64,000 bases of DNA from Vairimorpha necatrix (taxonomy: Eukaryota), in assembly GCA_036630325.1 (NCBI GenBank), contig CP142732.1:248001-312000 (forward strand), written 5' to 3'. Below the pieces are notes generated by a model. The model saw only the letters and a list, made by a program, of their open reading frames with translations. It was not told the DNA's origin and made no database searches. The position numbers and the translations under genes were made by a program. Of this stretch, positions 12,598 to 24,300 are shown in pieces; position 1 is the stretch's first letter; each line of letters begins with the position of its first letter.

Positions 12598-13295
12598 TAG
12601 ATTTTCATCTATAATTTGATCCATATTCCTGTTGCTTTTAATTATCCTTTTTGTCCCGGCCATAGGGGTAAAAAATAAAAAAATAAAAAAAACGAACTTT
12701 TTTAATTTTTTAATTTTTTAACCCCCAAACCCGGGACGAAACCCCCGGGTACCGATTATTACATAATTATTGAGATTTTTTTAGTTGCGAGAACTTTTAT
12801 AGATATAAGTTTACCATTATCTGAATAAATGAATCAATTATTAAAAGGGATATTTGAATTAAGATCAAAATTATGAATATTAGACTATTTGGAAACGATT
12901 GCACGTAGAATAAAGGTGCAATTTTAGACATTTTGAGTATTTAAATAATCCTACTTACTAATATTATTCATAGAGCATCAGTCTGATGAATTGTGTGATA
13001 TGTGTAAACAAGATCATTTTGTTTAATATTCTAAGTTCTTTATTAGATGATTTTAAGAATATAAATAGATAATTTATGAAAACTTTTAGAATGCTTAAGG
13101 TTTTATGTGTCCCTTCCATACACTGATATAAATTGTTACCTGAAGGCGAAGATGGGGAGTCTGAGGCTTTGTATTTGAAAAAGAATTCTTTTTAAGAGAC
13201 ATAATATTTATTTATATAATTTCTTTATATAGTTTTATTCTCAGCCTGAAACAATCATGTTTGAGTTTGAGATGAAACGTTTGAAATATCTTGTT

Positions 13296-14219
13296 TCAGT
13301 CGTTTATTGGTGCCGCAAGTGATGGTGGTAACACTCTTCCCTCTTCTAATTGGAGATGTCCGTCTAAGATCGACTGGGTATTCTTTGGCAGATTTTCTTC
13401 TGTCTTGAATGTTACGAAATCACTGCGGTTAATGTGATGTTCTGTGTCATTTTCCAAACTTTTGATTAAATACGCACCTTTAGTTTTGTTTTCTTTAACT
13501 ATGTACGGTCCGATGAACTTCTTATCGAGTTTAATTCTCATATTTCTGTTTCTCATATAAACTATAGTTCCCTCTGGTACAGTATCAGGTCGATCTTTTC
13601 TGGTAGATCGCTTGTCTTCCTTTAAAATGTTTTCTCTATTCCGGGTGTTAATAATATCCTGAGTGTTTTCAGCTATCTGTGCTCTCGTAGCTAAATACTC
13701 TGACGGATCAGTAAACAGCATCTCGAAGTCATTGGGAAGGTCTTGTATTATACTCGGTAATACTGCTTTTCTTCCATACAGCATTTCGAACGGTGACATT
13801 CCGAGTTTCCCGATCGGAGACGAGCGGTATTGCATAAGAGCAAAAGGCAAGGCCTTGTCCCAATGAATTGGGTAATCCGATACAAATTTAGACAGTTTTA
13901 ATATGAGACTCTGGTTAGTTCTCTCCACTGGGCCGTTAGATCGTGGATGATAAGGACTAGAATATCTAAATTTAGCTTTGGGTAGCTCAGATACTCTGTT
14001 CACAATCTGATTCTTAAATTCTAATCCTTGGTCGCTCCTGATCACGTTAACAGGCCCATGTCTGGTAAAGATCTCTTCCATGATGAACTTAGCAATTTCA
14101 TACGCCGATTTATGTTTGATGGCCCTCGCTTCCACCCATTTAGTTACATAATCAGTAGCTACTACGATAAATCGTTCCCCAGAGGCGCACTTAGGCAGGG
14201 GCCCATGCAGTCGATTCAT
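13296..14219 (-). CDS. Retrotransposon integrase core and C-terminal fragment
   Basis: GPLP..RFIVVATDYVTKW, RSDQG, YHPRSNGPVER and GPY motifs. Confidence 0.88.
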   Translation of the reverse strand: MNRLHGPLPKCASGERFIVVATDYVTKWVEARAIKHKSAYEIAKFIMEEIFTRHGPVNVIRSDQGLEFKNQIVNRVSELPKAKFRYSSPYHPRSNGPVERTNQSLILKLSKFVSDYPIHWDKALPFALMQYRSSPIGKLGMSPFEMLYGRKAVLPSIIQDLPNDFEMLFTDPSEYLATRAQIAENTQDIINTRNRENILKEDKRSTRKDRPDTVPEGTIVYMRNRNMRIKLDKKFIGPYIVKENKTKGAYLIKSLENDTEHHINRSDFVTFKTEENLPKNTQSILDGHLQLEEGRVLPPSLAAPIND

Positions 14220-14260
14220 ATCATTTTGAATGCTGACTCAAGTACCGTGGGGAAGGATCG

Positions 14261-15403
14261 GGTACATGACCGTTTGGAACCCGCTTGGGGAAAATGAACC
14301 CGCATTGAAAAATTAAAGGACCCCCTTTCAAAAAATGGCAAGATTGACAAAAACAAATTTTGTTGAAGAAGATGAGCTTTTTAGTGATGAAATGTTTTTA
14401 AACATGGAAATAAATGAAAATTTTATTTTGGAAACATTTTATGATGCTGAGACAGCGTGTATCTTTCTGGCACGCAGTTCATTAATAAAAAACAACTTTT
14501 TTTGTACTGTATGCAGCTCTGAAAGGCCAATGAAATTGATTAGAAGAATAAGATTATTAGACAAATATGTTTGGAATTGCACGAAACCTTGTACGGCTTC
14601 TAAATCTGTCAGAAAGAACTCTATTTTTGAAAATACCAAATTAAGTTTTTATAAAATTATAAGAATGATATATAAGTATATCAAAAGAGTTTCCTTTCTC
14701 GATATAGCAAATGATCTTGAGCTAGACAGAAAAACCGTAAGTACATATGGTATGCTCTGCAGAGATCGCATAATCGAGGAAGTGACCAATAATAGCCAGA
14801 GGTTAGGAGGTCGTGATGAGTTCGGCATTCCTAAAGTAGTGGAGATCGACGAGAGTCTATTCTTTCGTGCCAAATATAATCGTGGCAATCATACCACAGG
14901 TCAGTGGTATGTAGGAGGAGTTGAAAGAGGTTCTAGAAAGGCCTTTCTCGTTCCTGTAGCTAGTAGAAATACTGCTACGCTTCTTGAGGCAATACAAGAT
15001 AATGTATTGCCTGGTTCTATTGTGATCACTGATCAATGGAGAGCATATGGTGCTGCATTTAGACAAATCACAGGGATGGAGCATAGGACTGTCAATCACT
15101 CTATCAATTTCGTAAATCCTAACGATCCCGAGACACATACTCAACAAATTGAAGGATTTTGGTCTCTTTCGAAGAGAGATATTCGGTCTAGACATGGAAT
15201 AAACCAGGACGAGCACTATGAGTATCTTTTACAGTTTCTATGGTCTTATCAAATACCAAAAAACCAAAGAATTAATCGACTTCTTTCATTATTCAAAATA
15301 AATCGTTAAGTCTCTTTTTTTATAATTTTTTTATTTTTCCCTTTTTTTGAATTTTTCAATGCGGGTTCATTTTCCCAAAGCGGGTTCCAAACGGTCATGT
15401 ACC
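14261..15403 (+). mobile_element. Merlin transposon with intact ORF
   Basis: ~55-bp TIR GGTACATGACCGTTTGGAACCCGC; TSD AAGGATCG/AAAGATCG (1 mismatch). Confidence 0.95.
14335..15309 (+). CDS. Merlin/IS1595-family DDE transposase, 324 aa, apparently intact
   Basis: CxxC...CxxxC zinc ribbon, VVEIDES, TDQWRAY, VNHS, HTQQIEGFW. Confidence 0.93.
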   Translation: MARLTKTNFVEEDELFSDEMFLNMEINENFILETFYDAETACIFLARSSLIKNNFFCTVCSSERPMKLIRRIRLLDKYVWNCTKPCTASKSVRKNSIFENTKLSFYKIIRMIYKYIKRVSFLDIANDLELDRKTVSTYGMLCRDRIIEEVTNNSQRLGGRDEFGIPKVVEIDESLFFRAKYNRGNHTTGQWYVGGVERGSRKAFLVPVASRNTATLLEAIQDNVLPGSIVITDQWRAYGAAFRQITGMEHRTVNHSINFVNPNDPETHTQQIEGFWSLSKRDIRSRHGINQDEHYEYLLQFLWSYQIPKNQRINRLLSLFKINR

Positions 15404-17428
15404 AAAGATCGAGTTTTTTTCGTGGCTTCTGGTGTTAGATGCATGTCTGGCAGCCTCTAACAACCTTCCGAATTTCGTCTCTCGATACTCCTTCTATCCC
15501 ATCCTGTGCTTTTAAAAAACAACTGGTCGCTTCAACGCCTCCGTGTCCTATGTACTCACGGGATTCCAGAATCGTTCTCTTTCGTTCTTCTTTCTCGTCC
15601 AGACTTTCTAACTTCAATGTGTAAGCTTGTACCCGTGAAAAGCAGTCAGGCAGTGTGTGAGTCTTGCCCTCTTTATACTCTATCTTGAACCTGAGATCAC
15701 TAAGAAACATTAGCCATCTCGCAATCCGACCTTGAGGGTTCTTTAGTTTATATAGCCACATTAATGGCTTGTGGTCGCTTCTTACGATAAATTCTTCGTG
15801 TATGTACATCTTGAAGCTTTTTATTGCGTAGATTATTGCTAAAGCTTCCTTTTCAAGTGTCCTATAGTTTCTTTCGTGCTTATTTAGTACCCTGCTGGTG
15901 CCTCGTATCGTAACCTCCTTACCTTCTTGCACCTGCTTTAATGCACCACCAAGACAGGTGTCAGAGGCATCCGCTTCGATTATAAAAGGCTTGTCCATGT
16001 TCGGTAGAGACAATATGGAGAACTAATGAGCTCCACCCGCATAGCATCTATGTCGTCGCCGGCTGATTGCGTAATTTTACCTTTCTCATTTATAATTCGG
16101 TAGACCTCTGTCGCTTTTAAGCTGAAATCTGGTATTAACATTCTATAGAAACCTAATAGTCCAATGGCTGATTTAGTTGTTTTACGGTTTTAATCTCAAT
16201 TCGATTTTCCAGTGGACCCAATTTAGCTTTGTCCGGGGCAATCTTTCCTGACACGATAGTATAGCCTAGTATATCTATCGTTCTAGTCATAATATTTCCT
16301 TTCTCCATGTTGACTTTTAGTTTATTGCTGGTTAAGACGTCTAAAACCTCGCGCAGGTCTTTGTCGTGCGATTCCTCGTCCTTCGAGTAGACGAATATGT
16401 CATCGAGGTAAACTACCGTAGTCCGGTTCAATTGGTTTCTAAAAATCTTGTACATTAGACTTTGAAACGTAGCCGGAGCATTCGTCAATCCGAAGGGCAT
16501 TCTCACGAATTGGAACTTTCCCGAAGAGGTCATGAAAGCAGTTAATTCTTTCGATTCTTACTCCATCGGGATCTGGTAATATCCTTTTTCTAGGTCAAGT
16601 TGGGAGTATATCTTTGCACCGCTCAGATATGTTAACATTCTTCGGTCAGAGGTGGCCGACATACTTTTTTTACAGTAATCTCGTTAAGTTCTCTAAAATC
16701 TATACACAATTGTTTCTTCCCATCTCATTTTGGGTAACTACTATTGGGAAAACTCCATCTACTAGTACTCTTTTCGGCGCTCCTTGAATTCAAAATCACA
16801 GGGGTTAAAAAAATTAAAAAATTCGCGAACATGTATTGTAAACATTCTACAAAAAAATTCCAAATGCCCCTATGATTTTGAATTTAAGGAAAGCGATTTT
16901 TAAATTTTAATTTTTTACCCCTAATGCAAGTAAAGAACCTCTACAGCATAATCTTTGTTGAAGAGGAACCAGCAATAGAGTACTTAAAGGCTTTAAACTT
17001 CTACAGAAATACTATAAAGTGTGACTGTGGTTGTTTTATGAACCAAGTAAAATCTAAAAACTACTTGGAAGGAATCTGCTTTTATTGTACAAATGGCTGC
17101 AAAAAGCGAAAAAGTATCAAAAATGGTACTTTTCTCCAGAAGTCTTGAATGCTTACACATATACAACTTAGAATGTTGTATTGTTGGGCAATGAAAATGA
17201 CTAACTCTTTGGCCTCAGTAACATGCGAGGTCTCCAAGCCCACATATATTTCTTTCAAGGGGGTCATCCTTGAAAAAATAAAAAATGAAATAAATACATT
17301 TTTTGTAAAAATAGGGGGAATAGGTAAAATTATTCAGGTTGACGAAACAGCAATCTGTAGAGGTCGTATAATTACGAATCCTACTACAGAGTAAGATAAT
17401 ATACCTGGAACGACTTGGTTGGTGAAGG

Positions 17429-18535
17429 GGCTCTAGGGCCTATTCCCGGGTATTTTTTTTGTTTAAAGGGGGGACCCTTTAAACAAAAAAATTATAGAAA
17501 AAAAGAAATCTCAATTATTTATTTCGAATTAAAAGTTTTAAGAGAGTTAAAAAGGCGTCTTTATAGGCTTTAGAATCATGAGTTTTTAAATTTCTTCTCC
17601 TCCAAACATATTCTTCTATATACCCTGGCATTGAATAACCTGGTATTCCTTTCCTCGTTTTGATGTCCGATTTGAATTGAGACCACTCACATTCTATTAA
17701 ATTAGTGTGGTCTCCATCAGCATTGGTGAATCCTTCCTCATGGTTCACGATTTTATGTACTCCGCCAATCCCAGCAACAGCGTATGGGTAGGATCTGTGC
17801 CCATCTGTTTTTATTACAGACATAGGACTAATATTTTTAGAGAAAAAGTCGAAGAAAGTTTCTTTTTTTCTATTTGGTAAAACTTTAAGAACTAGTTTTC
17901 TAGTTTTTTCTTCTACTGCTCCAATTATCCAAGTAGCTTTACTAATTGAATCGTACATTTCAGATGGTGACTTAATAAGTTTTCCTTTTATTATAACACT
18001 CTCATCTACTTGTATTGGGTGCTCTGGCCCCAATTTCTCCCATGTATTCTTATTATCTTCAGTTATTACTTCTATAATATTCCTTTTAATTCTTTTTATA
18101 GTATTTAAAGAAACCAAAGTATTTTTATTAATATTATATTCATAATTTTTTTCCAGCCATGAATATATTATAAATAAGTATTCGCTTGTGTCTATCTTTG
18201 GACTTGAAATTTTTAGCCCCTCAAAAACTGATTTGGATTTTCTGCACAATAAGTTAGTACATCTGAATCGAAAACCGTTCGAATAAGAAAAATCATGTTC
18301 CAAAACCATGCTCTCATAACATTTCGAGCATGTTTTAAATTCTTCAAGTAAGCCATGCCTTTGAATAAAGGCCATGGCTGCTTCATTTGAAGAAAAAATG
18401 TCAGATCTCGAATTTCTTGGTTCTTCTTCAAAATTATTCATTTTTTAGGGGTTGTAAAAATTTCCCAGTTTAGGGCCCATTCCCGGGAAATGCCGTCTTT
18501 TTTACGTTCATTACCCGGGAATAGGCCCTAGCGCC
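17429..18535 (-). mobile_element. Merlin transposon with intact ORF nested in a Merlin
   Basis: TIR GGC.CTAGGGCCTATTCCCGGGTA; TSD GGTGAAGG (17421-17428, 18536-18543). Confidence 0.95.
17515..18441 (-). CDS. Merlin/IS1595-family DDE transposase, 308 aa, apparently intact
   Basis: CSKC...CTNLLC, IQVDES, KTDGHRSY, VNH, HTNLIECEW. Confidence 0.93.
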   Translation of the reverse strand: MNNFEEEPRNSRSDIFSSNEAAMAFIQRHGLLEEFKTCSKCYESMVLEHDFSYSNGFRFRCTNLLCRKSKSVFEGLKISSPKIDTSEYLFIIYSWLEKNYEYNINKNTLVSLNTIKRIKRNIIEVITEDNKNTWEKLGPEHPIQVDESVIIKGKLIKSPSEMYDSISKATWIIGAVEEKTRKLVLKVLPNRKKETFFDFFSKNISPMSVIKTDGHRSYPYAVAGIGGVHKIVNHEEGFTNADGDHTNLIECEWSQFKSDIKTRKGIPGYSMPGYIEEYVWRRRNLKTHDSKAYKDAFLTLLKLLIRNK

Positions 18536-20076
18536 GGTGAAGGGTATAGAAAATGAAGATAGGGACTGTTTTCTAAAAATTGTTCCTAATAGGACTGCGG
18601 CTGTGATGTTAGAGCTTTTTAAGGAGTATGTTGTCGAAGGAATGATAATAAGAACTGATGGTTTTGCATCTTACCGTTCTGCTGTTCGTTACTTCGGATC
18701 TGTTCATGAAGTTGTTAATCATAGTGTTGGCTTTACTAATGAGTATGGACATCATACTAATAAAATAGAGAATCTATGGAGTCATTTAAAAACAGAATTA
18801 AGAACAAGAAGAGGAATAATGAAGGTGAATATGGAAGATTTTATATATGAATTCCAATTTAGAAGTAAATATCTAAAAGACAAAAATATCGATACTTATG
18901 CTGAAATTTTCAAAAAAATACTTTTGTTAGAATAAATGGTTTTTTTTAATTTTTAATTTTTTAACCCCTGTGATTTTGAATTTAAGGAGCGCCCTCTTTT
19001 CTATGATACCTTCTTTTAAAAGACGTGATACTTCCTCTCGAACAAAATTCCTCTTGTCTATACTTAATGGATAATTCCTTTTACACACAATCTTAGGTGT
19101 GTTTAATTGTATCTTATGTTCAACAAAGTTCACAGTAGATTTACATGTCAAGTAATTTGATTCATATTTGTGTATAAGCTTCTGTTTAACGGATATTTTC
19201 TTATCCGAAGGCAATTTTTTTAATACGGCTACTGAGATGTAAGTTTTTGGAAATGAGTAAGACTTAATAATTTTATTATTGATCACAATTGTTTGGTCGT
19301 CGTAGTTCATTCGTATTCCGTGGGTCCTCATAAAATCTTTTCCCACAATGACGTCGAAGTTAAGGTCATTTACCACAAGCAAGTCGGCTTTATAGTGGTT
19401 TCCTTGCATCCTTAATCTTGTTCTTATCATTTCATCGATCCGAGAATGGGAGGTAGCGGTTGTTAGTACTGATTCCTCAGTTTTCTCCACAGTTTTGTTT
19501 CCTATCAGCCGTCTGTTTTTGAAAGTTGCGACGCACCGCTATCGAATAGTATTCTTACAGAGGTAGTATTGAGGTGCCCTTTGATCGTGGTAAATTCTTT
19601 GTCTTCTTGAGATTGAATGTCTTCTATTGACATTACCTTCTTAGAATTATTTTTAAAGCATTCCTTATGCAAATGTTCTCCGCCGCACTTGAAGCAATTA
19701 GATTTCTTTCTTTCGTTGTCTTCTGTTTTGGATGGGGAGCTCTTTGTCTGTCGGCCCACTACTCTCTGTTATTGTCCTCGCCATTTTCGAATGTGACGTC
19801 TCAATATATTTTAGATTTCTCTCGTACCAGTCGAGGAGTTCTTCCCAAGATTCTGTTGCTTCAGCCCTTTCTCTCAAGGCCAACGGAAAGTGTTTTGCTA
19901 TTTCCTCGATTAGGTCTTTGACTTCAATATTCGCTCTCTTGTTCAAAATCATCAGATCATGTATAAAACCCTTAATGCTTCCTTGCATTGGACCTTTATA
20001 AACTTTCTTATAGATAATTTTAATTGGATTCGCGTTCTGCTTCAGCTCTTCCTTCCCATATTTATTTAGAAATTTT

Positions 20077-21379
20077 GGCGCTACTTAAAAATTCGCACCC
20101 CCTAAAAAAAATTACATTGACCAATTAAATTTATATAAAAAAAATATTTTTAACCCTTAAAATTATATTTAAAACAATATTTTTATGAAAATATGAATTT
20201 ACAAAAGTTAAAATATTTAAAAAAACAGTTATAACATATAATTAGTACAAACAATTTAATTACTTTAACATAGAAAAAATATCAATTATTTTTACGAAGG
20301 CTAATTTGATTGTAAATGGTTTTGAATATTCTATATTTTCTTTTTTTTCCATTTAAACTCATCTAACCAACATTTAATTCTTATTTTATTTATTCCTCCA
20401 CGCTTTCTACAATCATGCTTAAGATGCGACCACATATTTTCTACATAATTTGTATTTTGTCCTTCTTCATTACAAAATCCCATAGAGTGATTTACCACAC
20501 TATGTGAGAACCAAATTCACTTATAGCACGTGGATAGGATGGATAACCATCAGTTACTATATCCGTGCCTACTTTTACATATTTTTTTAATACTAGTAAA
20601 ATCGTTTCCCATTTTCTATTGGGTATTAGTTCCACAAAAAACTCTCTACAATTTCCTTCCATCACACCTCCTATTATCCACTGAATTCCAGGTTCAGAAT
20701 CCAATCGACTAGACGGATTCGATAGTATAATTCCATTACAAATAGCTGTTTCGTCTATTTGTATCCTCTGACCAACTCCACCTATCGTTGTAACAACAGT
20801 AGAACACTTGGAAATTGTTTCCATTATTATTTCTTTTACAGAAATATATGTTGGTTCAGAAGTTTCACACATGTTGATAGCCTGAAAATTAGTATATGAC
20901 AAACACCAACAATAAATGCAACGAAGAATTTTTTTAAATTCAATATCTAAAGATTCAAATTTAGAACCTTTATTTAATGAACATCTTCGTTTACAAATTT
21001 TTTTTGCTACATTTGTACCCCTTTCCTTGAGAAAACAAAGATATGTTTTGAATAAACATAATTCCTTTGCACTGATCATTAGTACAGGGAATACAAGGAT
21101 TTAACAAGTTGTTCTTCAATCCGTAGTCGATTGCCCTGTCATTATCAGTGAAAATGGGATTGTATGGATTGAATTGAAGCATTTCGTCCATCATTTTGTT
21201 CATTATAAGGGATAGATAAAATAAAAAATTTCACGTTCAAAATACCATTACTTAAAAATTCGCACCCCCCCCCCCCCGAAAAAAAAAATCCTTTAAAATT
21301 TGATTTTATCTCATTTTATACCAAATAATTTTTTTTCAGTGAACGTATTTTTTAGGGGGGCGAATTTTTAAGTAGCGCC
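20077..21379 (-). mobile_element. Merlin transposon, copy of 11303-12597, frameshifted
   Basis: Same TIRs and near-identical body. Flanks GAAATTTT vs GAAATGAC match only at the first 5 bases. Confidence 0.93.
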
Positions 21380-21384
21380 GAAAT

Positions 21385-24300
21385 GACAATAATGAGAGGA
21401 ATATGATAATTAGAGAACAGAGGCCAAGCGTCAAAGAGATTCATTTGGGTGGGAGGATCAATGAACATGAGCTAGAGATTTTAGTGGATTGTGGTGCAAC
21501 CAGAAACTACATTAATAGTGAGTGGGTAGAGCGCTTCGATTTAATCCTTAAAGAAGACGTGGCAATAGTTACAGAATTTGGTAATAATAATACGGAAACG
21601 AGCAACAAAACAATAAGCACGAGTATATTTATGCCATTGCTTGATAAAGACAGGTGGATAACATTTTACGAATTAGAAAAGAGCAAAAATTATTTTAATA
21701 TTGGGATTGAAATTTTAATGAATAATGATGTGCGCTTAGACTTTGGAAAGGACACAATAAGCATGGAAGGTAAAGATTATAGCTTTCTGCACGAGGAACA
21801 TCAGTTAGATTTAGATGACTTGCTTTGCAGAAACATCAATTTCAAGTGTAGCGAGAAAAAAGACATAGATAAAATGATAAGTCTATACAAAGAGAATAAT
21901 TATAAATATGCTTAAATAAAATTACAGCGTCCGATCAGACTTAAACTTTTAATAGATTAAAAATATTATGTTAGTAAAAAGTACCCTGTATCCGAGGTTT
22001 ACAAAACTAGATTAAAGCTGGAACTAAAATGTTTAGAAGATGAAAGGATCATTGAACGGTGCGATTCGAGTTTTTCAAGACTTGTGTTTATCTTGGAAAA
22101 AAGAAATCAGGAAATTAGACTTGTAGTAGACTTTCGAAAAATAAATAATTATCTAATTGACGAAATCATACAAATACAAAAATACAGGATAGCATAAGAT
22201 TATTTGGAGAAAAGACATGTAATAGTCAGATAGATTTCAAGAACGAATTCAATCAACTTAAATTAGAACATGAAAGTAGAAAACTCTTAGGATTCAGCAT
22301 TTTAGGATGGCACCACCAATACTTGAGAGTACCGTTTAGGTTGAAATCAGGAACCAAGATTTTCCAATTGATCATTAGTAAAACGTTAGAGGAAATAGAA
22401 CAATGCTTTGTGTATATCGATGATATTGTAGTGTACGGTAACACAGTGGAAGAACATGAGGATGTTTTATAGAAAGTTTTGAAAAAATTACGGAACAGGT
22501 ACCCTACGTCCCCCGGCGGGGGACGTAGGGTACCTGTTTATTTTATAAAAAAATACCCTCATTTTCATGCGTATAATGGATTTGGAAGAAATATTTAATG
22601 CAGATGAAAATTGTATCTTACAATTTTTTTTAGAGTGGAAGCTCATTAAAGATGAACAACCCTGTTTATATTGCTTATTTAATATGCGTATCACAAAAAG
22701 TATTAAAAGTGCAGATAAGTTTGAGTGGAGATGTTTTAATTAATAATGCGAACACTATCAAACAACCTTGACAATACGACACAAGTCGTTGTTTTCAGCT
22801 TTTAAAATTAATTTCAAAACTATCTTAAAAGCTATTTATTTCTTTTCCAAAAATGAGAAATTAAATAAAATTATGGACTATTCTGGGATCGGTAAAAAAC
22901 CGCTGATTAAAATACAGAAAATAATTCATGAAAGGATTAATAATTATTTTGTATTAAATCCAATCAAACTTGGAGGTCAAATGTTATCGTTCAAATTGAC
23001 AAAACAAAATTAAATTTTAATGTAAAAAGTCATAGAGGTAGATCAGTTCCCCCTTGTTGGTGTGTATGTATTGTAGACACTTCTTTTAGGCCTGCATTAG
23101 GATTTGTAACAATTGTAGAATCTAGAGCTTCTGCTTCTTTAATTCCTATAATTTATAATGTAAAACGATCTGGCAGTATCATACATTCAGATGAGTGGAA
23201 GGCCTATTGTGCCTTAGTGCACTACAATATATATGAACATAAAACGGTGTGTCATAAGTACAATTTTGTTGATCCTATTACGGGGGGGGGGGGGTGCATA
23301 CTCAACATGTGGAATCTTATAACAATAAACTAAAAATGGAAATAAAATCTCGAAAGAGATTGACATTAGAACAAAGAATGTCTTTCTGAATGAGTTTATG
23401 TTTAAAGAACGCATTATTGGAGATAAATTAATAACTTTTTTAAATTTTATAGGGTTTTTTTTTATTTTTTTTACGGGGACGTAGGGTACCTGATCCAAAA
23501 TTACTTTAAAATGAGGTTAAAACTAACTATGAAAAGAGCAGCTTTATGAAAGAGGAAATAATAGTACTAGGATGCATAGCAAACAAGGAGGGAATAAAAG
23601 CGTGATTAAAAGATTTAGACTTGGAAAAAATGCCAACCCCTACAAATAGTGTAAAAGGAGCGCAGAAGGTTTTTAGGGTTGATTAATTGGTATTTAAATT
23701 TTTTTTCCATATTTAAGTCAAAATAACAGATTTATTAAAATCAGAAAATAAGAAGCCCATAAATGGACGGAAATACAGGAAAAAGAGTTGAAGAATGTGG
23801 TCGAAGATATTAAACAGCACGCAGTGTTAAAATGTCCAAATTTTGAAAAAAGGTTTTATTTAGAGAAAGGCGCATCAGATCACGGCATTGGAGGCGTACT
23901 GACACAAGAACACTGTATGATAGGTTTTTATAGTATAAAAATACGAATTCAGGAGTAAATTATACCATTGTAGAGAAGGAACTTTTTGCAATATTAAAGT
24001 CGCTAGAGTTTTCCAAAGCATTAGAACAGGGAAACTTAGTTATAATAAGAACAGACAGCAAAAATTGTACCTTTATGAACAATAAAGTATTGAACAGATT
24101 AGAAAGATAAAAAAATTATTAAATGAGTACAGCTTTAGAATAAAGAGTATAGACGAAAAAAAGACTTCCATGGCGGATTTTTTGTCAAGAGAGGGTTGTA
24201 GAACTCACTAGGATATAATGAAAAAAAAGAATGAATATGTGGACAGATTAAACGAATTTTGCGAAAAAGAGATGAACGATTAAGAAACCAACAGATGGAA

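Larger units (their letters stand above)
8668..12753 (-). mobile_element. Mutator-like (MULE) transposon carrying two nested Merlins; transposase pseudogene ATG 12663 to stop 8768
   Basis: Termini GGTGGCCGGAAGTTTCGTCCCGG / CCGGGACGAAACCCCCGGGTACC; TSD GATTATTA; N-terminal C-x4-C...HNH finger, WAMDGTF..P..QLYTI and RTNNAIEGWH MULE motifs. Confidence 0.9.
6520..13133 (-). pseudogene. Putative highly divergent LSU rRNA-like sequence (6520-7561 and 12762-13133), interrupted by transposons
   Basis: Collinear motifs on -: AACCTTAAGCAT (13102-13091), TGGTAAACTTATATCTA (12816-12800), CCGGAGAAAC (~7480), AATTTGGGTA (7440-7431), GTCCATTGAAGTCGGTATAACTAACGG (6868-6842). Compared from memory with canonical eukaryotic LSU. 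Confidence 0.5.
16776..18993 (+). mobile_element. Merlin transposon, disrupted, containing another Merlin
   Basis: TIR GGCGCTCCTT.AATTCAAAATCACAGGGG; TSD CTCTTTTC; ORF pieces 16924-17394 and 18537-18935. Confidence 0.94.
13134..20076 (-). mobile_element. Ty3/Gypsy element, 5'-truncated, carrying three nested Merlins; 3' LTR 13134-13333
   Basis: TGTTACC...GGTAACA 200-bp LTR with adjacent PPT; integrase 13296-14219, RNase H 15435-16013, RT YLDD 16153-16533, protease LFDSGA, Gag CFKCGGEHLHKEC. Confidence 0.9.

Noticed and set aside
13296-13500. Chromodomain or env-like gene after integrase
   Set aside because: No aromatic-cage chromodomain motif or extra ORF was seen; the integrases end at or within the 3' LTR.
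14335-15309. Bacterial IS1595 insertion sequences or bacterial origin of the contig
   Set aside because: They are interleaved with LTR retrotransposons and MULEs and have no Shine-Dalgarno or operon context, which fits the eukaryotic Merlin superfamily.
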